A program made the translations under genes and the position numbers. From the NCBI GenBank assembly GCA_051382305.1, contig JBBCAV010000053.1, positions 1 through 34,479 on the forward strand: a stretch of 34,479 nucleotides of DNA. Direction: 5' to 3'. Under the pieces are notes generated by a model. That model did not search any database and was not told the origin of the DNA. It worked only from the letters and a program-made list of their open reading frames with translations. This DNA comes from Bdellovibrionota bacterium FG-2 (GTDB lineage Bacteria > Bdellovibrionota > UBA1018). Below are positions 10,192 through 18,512 of the stretch, one piece after another; within the stretch, counting starts at the first letter, position 1; every line of letters begins with the position of its first letter.

Positions 10192-11571
10192 ATGGAACGC
10201 AAACGCTGTATTTTTGAGCCTTTTAAAATCAAGGTCGTGGAACCCCTCGCAATCAAAACTCGCGAGCAGCGAGAAGTGATTCTAAAAAAGGCGGGCTGTA
10301 ACTTATTCTTGGTCGCTGCTGAAGATGTCACGTTTGATTTTCTCACGGACTCGGGCACGACCGCGATGAGTGCCAATCAGTGGGGCGCAATGATGGTGGC
10401 GGATGAGAGTTACGCGGGCTCTCGCAGTTTTCATCGCTTTGAAAAAGTAGTGCGCGGATTAACGGGGTACACAAGCGTGCTCCCCACCCATCAAGGACGA
10501 GCCGCTGAAAGGCTTTTGTTTTCTTACCTTGTGAAACCCGGGATGAAGATTCCTTCTAACAATCATTTTGATACGACGAGGGCGAATATCGAGCAATTGG
10601 GAGGTCAAGCCGTAGATCTTGTGATTGCCGAAGGTAAGGATCCGACATCTCGTCATCCTTTCAAGGGCAACATTGATCTCGTGAGGCTTGAATCTTTTTG
10701 TCGCGAGAATGTGGGCAAAATTCCTTGTGGAATGATCACGATTACCAATAACACGGGCGGGGGTCAGCCTGTTTCTCTAGAGAATATGAGGGCCGTGGCC
10801 GCGATCTATCATCGTTACGGAATTCCTTTTATTATGGATGTTTGCCGTTTTGCGGAAAACAGTTACTTTATTAAGGAACGAGAAGAAGCGCTTTCGGGGC
10901 GAAGCGTGCGAGAAATTGCGCAAGAAACTTTTTCGTTGGCTGATGGCTGCATGATGAGCGCGAAGAAAGACGGGCTCGTGAACATCGGGGGCTTTATTGC
11001 GTTGAAAGACTCCCAATGGGTGGACGGCCTTCGTAGTTTGCTCATATTGACTGAAGGGTTTCCCACTTACGGCGGGCTTGCGGCACGAGACCTTGAGGCT
11101 TTGGCCGTGGGGTTAGAAGAAGTTTTGGATGAGTCTTATCTGAGTTATCGAATTGCCGTGATCCGCTATGTGGCGGAAGGACTCAATCGGATAGGGATTC
11201 CGACGGTGCAGCCGCCGGGCGGGCATGCGGTGTATATTGATGCCAAGGCTTTCTTGCCTCATATTGCGCCCGAAAAGTTTCCGGGGCAGGCGTTGGTGTG
11301 TGAAATTTATCTGGCCGAAGGCATTCGAAGTTGTGAAATTGGCTCCGTGATGTTTGGGAAAAAGTCGGGTGAAAACATATTTATTCCTTCGGCCATGGAG
11401 TTGGTACGTTTGGCGATTCCGAGAAGGGTATACACTCAAAGCCATTTTGATTATATTTTGGAAGGAATGGAGGAGCTTGTCGGGCGCAAAGACAAACTTC
11501 GAGGGGTTCGCATGACGTATGAGCCGCCATTCCTCAGGCATTTTACCGCGCGCTTTGAAATGCTGCACTAG
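10192..11571 (+). CDS. tnaA: Tryptophanase (tryptophan indole-lyase)
   Basis: Same fold as tpl but with Trpase-type residues: HFDTTRAN, MSAKKD, EIGS and LRHF. GGAG RBS. Confidence 0.92.
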   Translation: MERKRCIFEPFKIKVVEPLAIKTREQREVILKKAGCNLFLVAAEDVTFDFLTDSGTTAMSANQWGAMMVADESYAGSRSFHRFEKVVRGLTGYTSVLPTHQGRAAERLLFSYLVKPGMKIPSNNHFDTTRANIEQLGGQAVDLVIAEGKDPTSRHPFKGNIDLVRLESFCRENVGKIPCGMITITNNTGGGQPVSLENMRAVAAIYHRYGIPFIMDVCRFAENSYFIKEREEALSGRSVREIAQETFSLADGCMMSAKKDGLVNIGGFIALKDSQWVDGLRSLLILTEGFPTYGGLAARDLEALAVGLEEVLDESYLSYRIAVIRYVAEGLNRIGIPTVQPPGGHAVYIDAKAFLPHIAPEKFPGQALVCEIYLAEGIRSCEIGSVMFGKKSGENIFIPSAMELVRLAIPRRVYTQSHFDYILEGMEELVGRKDKLRGVRMTYEPPFLRHFTARFEMLH

Positions 11572-11586
11572 AATATCTGAGGTTCA

Positions 11587-11940
11587 ATGGACGATCGGCG
11601 TAAAGACCATCGCAAGAAGATTACTTTTCCCGTTTTGGTTTTGGGGGATGGGGTTTCTTCGCCCTTTCGCGTAGAAGTTTTGGATCTGAGTGCTGGGGGG
11701 ATGGGGCTTCTCTTTAAGAAGTCGGTAGAAAAGGACTCCGTGTTGTAACTCGAGTTTCAGCTCCCCAGTCATGCTGGGCCTTTTCGTGTGGCGGCGATTG
11801 TGAGGGGGGTTCGAATGACTTCGGCTGGCGTTGAAGACAACACTCCTCGATTTGCTGTAGGAGTTGAGTTTTTGAAACTCACCGCCGTGCAAAGAGAAGC
11901 TTTAGAGGCAGAGGTAGTAGGGTCTCTTTTCATGATTTGA
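11587..11940 (+). pseudogene. PilZ domain protein with in-frame nonsense codon (TAA at 11746-11748)
   Basis: Hand translation: MDDRRKDHRKKITFPVLVLGDGVSSPFRVEVLDLSAGGMGLLFKKSVEKDSVL*LEFQLPSHAGPFRVAAIVRGVRMTSAGVEDNTPRFAVGVEFLKLTAVQREALEAEVVGSLFMI. The RxxxR and DxSxxG motifs are present. Absent from the ORF track. Confidence 0.85.
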
Positions 11941-11988
11941 AGATTGGGCTTGATTCCGACCCCTGCTTCTCCTAGCCTAAAAGTCACC

Positions 11989-12342
11989 ATGTCGTCGGAA
12001 CAAGAAGACAGAGATCGCAGGAGAAAGCCGCGTAAGAACATTACGCTTCCTATTACCGTGTCCGGGCCTACCTTGTCTCGGCCGCTTCGGTGTTCGGCTT
12101 TGGATTTAAGCAGCGAGGGCATGCGTTTCCAGAGTGCGGCTCAGTTTGCGGTAGGGACGGTTGTTATCCTCTCATTTTCCGTTCCCCAAGGGGTGCGTCA
12201 GTTTCGAATTTCGGCAAGAGTGAATTCGATAGCGCCAGACAAGGGCGCTCGCTCAATGATTGGGGTGAAATTCCTTAATTTACACGAAGATGAGCGTCGT
12301 TATCTCGAAGTTCACGTCGTTGGAAAATTGTTCCTTATATAG
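11989..12342 (+). CDS. PilZ domain protein (c-di-GMP receptor)
   Basis: RRKPR (RxxxR), DLSSEG (DxSxxG) and IGVKF. The ATG at 11989 is preferred to the TTG at 11944. Confidence 0.88.
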   Translation: MSSEQEDRDRRRKPRKNITLPITVSGPTLSRPLRCSALDLSSEGMRFQSAAQFAVGTVVILSFSVPQGVRQFRISARVNSIAPDKGARSMIGVKFLNLHEDERRYLEVHVVGKLFLI

Positions 12343-12407
12343 CCTGATTTGGGCTGGTCGTTTATTGCCTAATTGGCTAGGGTGGTCGCATGTTTGAGGG
12401 AGAATTT

Positions 12408-14360
12408 ATGACTCATCGCGCGAATGTTGGACTCTTGGCTTTAAGTGTTTTTGTCGTTTCATTTTCAAGCTGTAAGACGGTCGAGAAGAAAGTCGAATTC
12501 AGCATTTTCCATACAAATGACATTCATTCGCAGATGCATGCGCCACGCGGAAGTGAATTGCATCTTGGTGGAATGGCTAAAATGGCGACCCTGCTTAAGA
12601 CTTTGCGTGCCGCCACTCCATTTTCCCTTACGCTCGATGCGGGAGATTGGTCAGAGGGTTCTTGGTACTACAATCTGGATACCGGGGGCAACATGCTCCG
12701 AGTCTTGGATGCCATGGACTACGATACTGTGACGTTAGGGAATCACGATTATTTATCAGGGCCCGCGCGTTTGGCTTCGACCGTGGCCGAGGCCCATCCT
12801 CGTTTTCCTATTATAGCTTCCAATATTGATTTTTCATTGGCGCCAGAGCTTGAGTTTGAGTTTCGCAAAAATATTGCGCCTTATACTATTTTGGAACGTT
12901 TTGGGGTGAAGGTGGGCTTGATTGGGCTTACGACCGTGGATTACGCTTTTGCGCCGTATTTTAAGCCTCTCGTTGTTACTGATCCTCTGGCTTCAGCGGT
13001 CGCAACGGCCAAGCTGGTCAGGCCTCAAGTTGATCTACTATTTTTAATTTCGCATAATATGTTTTCGACCAGTGTCGAATTAGCCAAAGCCGTTCCCGGC
13101 GTTGATGCCGTATTTAGTGGGCACTCGCATGTGAAACTTTCCAAGGCGGTGGTGGTCAAGAATGCGGGACGAGAGGTGCCTGTTGTGGAAACAGGCTGTT
13201 TCGGTGAGTTTTTAGGAGAGCTTAAAATGGCCTATTCTCCCAACACAAAGAAAATTGATTTTAAGGGCTACGCGCTACATCCGGTGCTCTCCTCTTTGGA
13301 TGAAGATGTGGGTGTTGCCCAGATTGTGGCGCAGGAAGACCAGAAGATTGCCAATCTTTATGGCAGCGATCCGCAAGCGGTGGTGGCGCAGACTGAATTT
13401 AGATTGGAGCGTGCCGATTCGTCGCAAGCGTCTTTGGGGCATCTCGCAACCAAATCTTTTCGCAGGGCAGTGGGCGCTGATTTGTCGATGGATTTGCAGT
13501 CACTTTTGGGCTTTCCCATTCCAGTAGGTGGGGTGCGGGTATTTGATATGCACGATGTGGTGCCTCATATCTTCAATCCAAAAACGGGTAAAGATTGGAC
13601 GGTTCAGATTTGGGAAGCGCGAGCCCAGGATCTTGTGTTCGTGTTAAACGCCTTCTTATCTGTTCCTGATATGTTTATCGAAGGCAAATCGCAATTCTTG
13701 GCGGTGGATGGGGCGGAGTTGGTTTTAGATCCTAAGTCTTCGAGCAACCCCGTTTCGAAACTTACAGAGATTAAGATCAATGGCGAGGAAATTGATTTGG
13801 CAAAAACCTATCAGGTCGCGCTGACGGATGGGTTGCTGTTGGCTTTGAAACTCGCTAATGAAAAGTTTCACCTTGGAATCGATCTCTCAAGCGTGGTGGA
13901 TTCTCAAATAGAAGGGTGGAGAGCGGTTTTGGATTATTCGATTCAGGAAAAGACGCTTAACCCCGAGCGCTTGCGGGAAAATGGTCGAGTGTGGACGACG
14001 CTTCCCGATCTTGCCGTTTATCCCTTTGGAATTAGTTGGACGGGTACGGCGCTTCGAGTTGAGGTTCAGAACGATGGCAAGGCTGCCGCTCAAGGCGGCA
14101 AGGTGGTTTGCGCCAGTGGTAAGGCCAATGACTATTCTGCTGATAAAACTTCGGAGCAGGTCTATACGCCGATTGGAAGTGGTGAGATTTTGTCTCTAAA
14201 TTCGGGTGAGAAAACGAAGATTGAGATTCCTTGGGTTCCCGCGAAATCTGGTTTTTGGCCGATTCGTTGCGTTGTTGAGTCTCTCACAGAGGATGGCTAT
14301 CAGGGCAATGATGCGGCGGAGAAGATTATCTGGAATGCAGCTCCCGCTGCTACGCCTTAG
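12408..14360 (+). CDS. 5'-nucleotidase/UDP-sugar hydrolase family lipoprotein with extra C-terminal Ig-like (CARDB-like) domain
   Basis: Lipoprotein signal ending FSSC. Metallophosphoesterase motifs HTNDIHS, LDAGD, GNHD, SH and GHSH. C-terminal VEVQNDG...IPW..GFWPIRCVV...N. GGGAG RBS before the ATG at 12408. Confidence 0.85.
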   Translation: MTHRANVGLLALSVFVVSFSSCKTVEKKVEFSIFHTNDIHSQMHAPRGSELHLGGMAKMATLLKTLRAATPFSLTLDAGDWSEGSWYYNLDTGGNMLRVLDAMDYDTVTLGNHDYLSGPARLASTVAEAHPRFPIIASNIDFSLAPELEFEFRKNIAPYTILERFGVKVGLIGLTTVDYAFAPYFKPLVVTDPLASAVATAKLVRPQVDLLFLISHNMFSTSVELAKAVPGVDAVFSGHSHVKLSKAVVVKNAGREVPVVETGCFGEFLGELKMAYSPNTKKIDFKGYALHPVLSSLDEDVGVAQIVAQEDQKIANLYGSDPQAVVAQTEFRLERADSSQASLGHLATKSFRRAVGADLSMDLQSLLGFPIPVGGVRVFDMHDVVPHIFNPKTGKDWTVQIWEARAQDLVFVLNAFLSVPDMFIEGKSQFLAVDGAELVLDPKSSSNPVSKLTEIKINGEEIDLAKTYQVALTDGLLLALKLANEKFHLGIDLSSVVDSQIEGWRAVLDYSIQEKTLNPERLRENGRVWTTLPDLAVYPFGISWTGTALRVEVQNDGKAAAQGGKVVCASGKANDYSADKTSEQVYTPIGSGEILSLNSGEKTKIEIPWVPAKSGFWPIRCVVESLTEDGYQGNDAAEKIIWNAAPAATP

Positions 14361-14862
14361 TTTTACGGGGCGTGCTGAGGACTTTTTTCTTTAATTCTTC
14401 TTTGTATTTTCGGACTCGATTCAGCAGCGTTCCTTTTTCTTCAGCGGCACCTAAAATTTGAGCGGCCAGTAGGCCTGCGTTCCAAGCGCCATTGATCGCA
14501 ACACAGGCAACCGGAACCCCCTTGGGCATTTGAACCATTGAGAGCAGCGCATCGCTGCCAAAAGGATAGCCCGTCGTGTTTGGTGGTGCGAGGGGCACGC
14601 CGATGACGGGGAGTTCGCTTACGGCAGCTAGAAATCCAGCCAGATGGGCCGCCGCCCCAGCCCCCGCGATGAGGACGCGCACGCCGCGTGCACGAGCGTG
14701 GCGGGCAAATTCTAGGGTTTCCTCGGGTGTTCGATGGGCAGAAAGGACAAACGTCTCGTGCCGAATTCCAAAAAGGGCAAGGGCGCGAGCGGATTCTTCC
14801 ATGATGGGGCGATCCGATTCACTGCCCAAAATAATGGCTACCGGGATGGTTCTTTTTTGCAT
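14350..14862 (-). CDS. purE: N5-carboxyaminoimidazole ribonucleotide mutase
   Basis: GSESD, SAHRTP, AGAGAAAHLAG, PVIGVP, SMVQMPKGVPVA and NAGLLAAQIL. GGAG RBS before the ATG at 14862. Confidence 0.95.
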   Translation of the reverse strand: MQKRTIPVAIILGSESDRPIMEESARALALFGIRHETFVLSAHRTPEETLEFARHARARGVRVLIAGAGAAAHLAGFLAAVSELPVIGVPLAPPNTTGYPFGSDALLSMVQMPKGVPVACVAINGAWNAGLLAAQILGAAEEKGTLLNRVRKYKEELKKKVLSTPRKTKA

Positions 14863-14867
14863 AATGG

Positions 14868-15974
14868 CTAATCTCCAAAACAAATTCCCAGATCGCGGGC
14901 CGTAAGCATGGTGTCGCAATTGGGAGGGACTGTTTTCATTCGTTTGATGGCGTCTTCAAGCGGGACGTATTGCACCGTTGGGGGATCCAGCGCAACCATG
15001 ATACCTGATTGGCCTTCTTCAATCGCGCGAACAGCGGCAGCGCCAAATCTCAAAGCAATGAGTCGATCAAATGTTGTGGGACTGCCTCCGCGTAAAAGGT
15101 GTCCTAGCACGACGAGGCGAGTTTCTTTCCCCGTTTTTTCCTGAAGCAGGGCCGCGACTTTTTCGCCAACACCGCCCAGCCTTTCTGCTTTTCCTGCCTC
15201 TTTTTCAATGACAGATCGCGAGCCCTGTTTCGCAATCGCGCCTTCGGCCACGACCACGATCGCATATTTACGCCCGTTTTTTTCGCGGGCTACGAGATCA
15301 GCGGCGACCTTGTCCAAATCATAGGGAATCTCGGGAATCAAAATCACGTCCGTTGCTCCAGAAATCCCGGCATTCAGTGCGATCCATCCCGCATAGCGGC
15401 CCATGACTTCAACGACCATGAGTCGGTGATGGGAATCTGCGGTGGAATGCAGACGATCCATACATTCTGTAGCAAAAGCCAGGGCCGTGTCGAAACCAAA
15501 GGTGATGACGGTTTTTTCCAAATCATTATCGATGGTCTTGGGAACTCCAATGACACGAAGGCCCTTCTTAGAGAGGACGTTGGCTATAGCAAGCGAGCCG
15601 TCACCGCCGATGCTAATGAGTGAGTCAATGCCGTAGCGTGCGAAGGCTTCAATAAGCTCGTCGGAGCGATCAACTTCTCGGGTTTTTCCCGCTGCATCCG
15701 TGACGGGATATCTGAGCGGACTGCCACGATTTGTCGTTCCCAAGATGGTCCCGCCGAGATGAGTAATCCCCTTTACGTCTTCTCGAGAAAGCGTGAACAC
15801 CCCGCCGCTGGGGTAGGCGCCAGGATTGAGCATTCCGTTGTAGCCGTCTCGAATTCCTAAGACCTCCCACCCTCGTTTGAGTGCTGAAATAACGACGGCG
15901 CGAATCACTGCGTTGAGGCCGGGGGCGTCGCCCCCTCCGGTACTAATGGCAATGCGTTTGATGGTTGCTGGCAT
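14868..15974 (-). CDS. pfkA: 6-phosphofructokinase (PfkA family, probably ATP-dependent group III type)
   Basis: GGGDAPGLNAVIR, GGTILGT, GGDGS (Gly, ATP-type), PKTIDND, EVMGRYAG and LGHLLRGG. Confidence 0.93.
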   Translation of the reverse strand: MPATIKRIAISTGGGDAPGLNAVIRAVVISALKRGWEVLGIRDGYNGMLNPGAYPSGGVFTLSREDVKGITHLGGTILGTTNRGSPLRYPVTDAAGKTREVDRSDELIEAFARYGIDSLISIGGDGSLAIANVLSKKGLRVIGVPKTIDNDLEKTVITFGFDTALAFATECMDRLHSTADSHHRLMVVEVMGRYAGWIALNAGISGATDVILIPEIPYDLDKVAADLVAREKNGRKYAIVVVAEGAIAKQGSRSVIEKEAGKAERLGGVGEKVAALLQEKTGKETRLVVLGHLLRGGSPTTFDRLIALRFGAAAVRAIEEGQSGIMVALDPPTVQYVPLEDAIKRMKTVPPNCDTMLTARDLGICFGD

Positions 15975-15980
15975 AATTTG

Positions 15981-16009
15981 AGTGTAGCAAATCGCTCGCC
16001 AAGGCTCAA
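15981..16009 (-). promoter_or_regulatory. Putative leaderless promoter of pfkA-purE
   Basis: Minus strand TTGAGC-17 nt-TACACT (with TGn extension), then 6 nt and the ATG. No SD sequence. Confidence 0.45.
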
Positions 16010-16013
16010 GCAG

Positions 16014-16052
16014 TTGACAGCAGGAGTGTAATCGCATATACATATGTGATTA
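16014..16052 (+). promoter_or_regulatory. Rrf2 operon promoter with overlapping palindromic operator
   Basis: TTGACA(16014-16019)-17 nt-TATACA(16037-16042). The inverted repeat TAATCGCATAT-AC-ATATGTGATTA (16029-16052, 10/11 paired) covers the -10. Confidence 0.65.
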
Positions 16053-16065
16053 TGAGGTCCGCACC

Positions 16066-16485
16066 ATGATTTCACGCACTGGGTTGCTTGCGCTAAAGGC
16101 CCTCACATCACTTGCGGAGCTGGAGCCGCACGAGTTCTTGGGGGCGCGCAGTCTGGCTAAGCAAATCGACGCGCCAGCTAATTATCTGGGTAAGCTTTTG
16201 CAGCGCCTCATTCGCGAGCATTTGGTAAAATCCCAAAAAGGGTTGGGCGGCGGTTTTAGATTGGCTAAAGAGCCCTCGAAAGTTTCGCTGTATGAGGTTT
16301 TGGCGCCCATTGAAGAACTCGAGCGCTGGAAGGGGTGTTTCTTGGGAAGGAAAAAATGTAGTTCCACAAGCCCATGTAATGCCCATGAAGGTTGGAAAAA
16401 CGCGCGCGATCCTTTTTTGGAATTTTTGCAGAAAACCATGCTTTTGGATTTGACTGACAAAGCGATTGAAAAAGAAATACCATAA
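16066..16485 (+). CDS. Rrf2 family transcriptional regulator (likely Fe-S binding)
   Basis: Winged HTH YLGKLLQRL...VKSQKGLGGGFRLAK and three Cys in CFLGRKKCSSTSPCNAH. Confidence 0.92.
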   Translation: MISRTGLLALKALTSLAELEPHEFLGARSLAKQIDAPANYLGKLLQRLIREHLVKSQKGLGGGFRLAKEPSKVSLYEVLAPIEELERWKGCFLGRKKCSSTSPCNAHEGWKNARDPFLEFLQKTMLLDLTDKAIEKEIP

Positions 16486-16504
16486 CAAAGAAAGGGATTA
16501 GTTT

Positions 16505-17143
16505 ATGAAAGCTACTGATATTTTGAGTTCAGAACATCTTGTGATTTTGCAGGTGCTGAGTTGCCTTCAAACCATCGCCGAAGCGGGTGAAAAAGGTGGC
16601 AGAATCGCAGGGGGTTCCGCCCTGGATGCGAAAAATGCGATCGCTTTTATTCAGGGGTTTGCCGATAGCTGGCATCATGGAAAAGAAGAAGATGTCCTTT
16701 TTAAAATGATGGAAGAGCGTGGATTTTCAGCAGACGCGGGGCCCACTTATGTCATGCGCATGGAGCATGATCAGGGGCGTGCGCTCGTGCGCGCGATGAA
16801 AGAAAGCTTAGGGTTGGCCGCTGAAGGAAATTCGACCGCAGTGAAGACTTTTGTGGAGAGCGCGCAGGGTTTTGCCGCCTTGCTTTCTTCTCACATTGAA
16901 AAAGAGGACAGCATTCTCTACAAGATGGCAAATCAAGCGTTGAGTGATGAGGACCAGCAGACGACGCTGGATCGTTTTGCCGTGGTTGAGAGCCAAAAAA
17001 TCACCGAAATGGGCGAGGGCGTGCCGGAGCGATATCTTGCCATTGCCCAAAAACTTGGCGCCCAGTACGGCGTAAAGCTTGAAGGGGTAGAGGACGAGGG
17101 AGAAACTGAAGCCTGCGGCGGAGGCTGTTGTTGCGGACACTAA
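16505..17143 (+). CDS. Hemerythrin-like (HHE) domain protein with acidic Cys/His tail
   Basis: EH, HHGKEE, EHDQGR and HIEKED motifs; C-terminus EDEGETEACGGGCCCGH. Confidence 0.88.
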   Translation: MKATDILSSEHLVILQVLSCLQTIAEAGEKGGRIAGGSALDAKNAIAFIQGFADSWHHGKEEDVLFKMMEERGFSADAGPTYVMRMEHDQGRALVRAMKESLGLAAEGNSTAVKTFVESAQGFAALLSSHIEKEDSILYKMANQALSDEDQQTTLDRFAVVESQKITEMGEGVPERYLAIAQKLGAQYGVKLEGVEDEGETEACGGGCCCGH

Positions 17144-17155
17144 GGCGCGCACTCG

Positions 17156-18490
17156 ATGTTTGCGATTCTTTTTCCAGCACTCTTAAGCACTCTGATTATT
17201 GCAGCCCACTTTTTTAGGTTTGGGGAGCCTGGGCTTGTTTGTGTGGCTTTGCTATCGTCTGCGTTACTTTTGTTTAAGCGGCGCTGGGCTTTGCGGAGTT
17301 TTCAGTTTCTGCTCGCCGTAGCGGGAGTCGTCTGGATCCATACGCTTTTGCGCCTGGCAACATGGCGCTTTGAAATGGGGGAGCCCTGGATTCGATTATC
17401 CCTCATCCTTGGCGGTGTCGCGCTTTTTACGGTCTTTTCCGCCTGGCTCTTGGGGCGAGAAAAATGTTTAGCCCGTTTTCGTTGTGATGGATCTCTATTC
17501 GTTCGGGTTTGGACATTTTCCTTAACGGCTGTTTTGCTGGGCGTGGTTCACGTTGCCGCTAATCGCTCTCCGGTGGGGCCGATGTTGCTGGTGGAGCGTT
17601 TTTTCCCAACCTGGGGATGGCTTGAAGTCTTTTTCCTGGCAGTTTATGCGGCTTTTATTTCGGGAAACATGCTGCAAGTGCGGGGTGTTTCCGTTTTGAG
17701 AAACAAGATTTGGGCTCTGTTTTCTGCCGTATTTTTTGGGCAACTTGTCTTGGGTCTTTGGGGCGTTTTGGGCGAGGTGCCGGAGGCTACGCGTTTTTTA
17801 ATGACGGGTAATCTCCATCTGCCGATTCCCGCGTTGATTCTCGCCGGCCCACTTTTTCGCGGCGGCGGCTTCTTTATGCTTATTTTGTTTGCGGTGACGA
17901 TTCTTTTGGTGGGCCCCGCCTGGTGCAGCCATCTTTGCTACATTGGTGCTTGGGATAGTGTGTTGGCGACAAAAATGAAGAGGCCCAAGAAACTTCCGTT
18001 ATGGCGCGAGTCTTTGAGACGCTGGATTTTACTGGGAGTGGTGGTGCTTGCCTTAGGGCTTCGTTTTATGGGGGTTGAAGGTGTATGGGCGGCCGTGGCT
18101 TCAGCTGTGTTCGGCATTGCGGGCGTGGTGCTCATGTTCGTTGGGTCGCGAAAAACGGGGATGATGATTCACTGTACTTCTTATTGTCCGATCGGCGTCA
18201 TGGCCACGGTTGTGGGGCGAGTTTCACCTTTTCGGTTTAAGATCAATTCAAGCTGTACGGATTGTGGGGCGTGCACTTTGGCTTGTCGTTATGATGCCTT
18301 AAAAAGGGAAGACATTCAAAAGAGACGGGCGGGGATCTCCTGCACGCTTTGCGGAGATTGCATGAGCCGTTGCAAGCCGCAATCATTGGAGTATCAGTTT
18401 TTCGCACTGAAAGGGCCGCGCGCTCGCGCCCTTTTTATCGTACTCATTGTTTCTTTGCATGCCCTATTTTTGGGAGTGGCGCGGATGTAG
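17156..18490 (+). CDS. Polytopic membrane 4Fe-4S protein (NapH/MauN/RdxA-like polyferredoxin)
   Basis: Many hydrophobic segments. WCSHLCY and HCTSYCP motifs, plus two ferredoxin motifs CTDCGACTLAC and CTLCGDCMSRC. Confidence 0.85.
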   Translation: MFAILFPALLSTLIIAAHFFRFGEPGLVCVALLSSALLLFKRRWALRSFQFLLAVAGVVWIHTLLRLATWRFEMGEPWIRLSLILGGVALFTVFSAWLLGREKCLARFRCDGSLFVRVWTFSLTAVLLGVVHVAANRSPVGPMLLVERFFPTWGWLEVFFLAVYAAFISGNMLQVRGVSVLRNKIWALFSAVFFGQLVLGLWGVLGEVPEATRFLMTGNLHLPIPALILAGPLFRGGGFFMLILFAVTILLVGPAWCSHLCYIGAWDSVLATKMKRPKKLPLWRESLRRWILLGVVVLALGLRFMGVEGVWAAVASAVFGIAGVVLMFVGSRKTGMMIHCTSYCPIGVMATVVGRVSPFRFKINSSCTDCGACTLACRYDALKREDIQKRRAGISCTLCGDCMSRCKPQSLEYQFFALKGPRARALFIVLIVSLHALFLGVARM

Positions 18491-18512
18491 AGTGCTTGAT
18501 CACGCTAAGACG

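Noticed and set aside
11746-11748. Stop-codon recoding or alternative genetic code
   Set aside because: The codon is TAA, not the Sec (TGA) or Pyl (TAG) codon, and TAA, TAG and TGA all end normal genes in this window.
11584-12122. Minus-strand ORFs 11584..11892 and 11769..12122
   Set aside because: The region is better explained by the two plus-strand PilZ genes.
14863-16043. Longer N-termini given by the ORF track for purE (14919) and pfkA (16043); likewise RND (27399) and porin (31739)
   Set aside because: The extensions overlap neighbouring genes or promoters; downstream ATGs fit family N-termini and RBS or promoter positions better.
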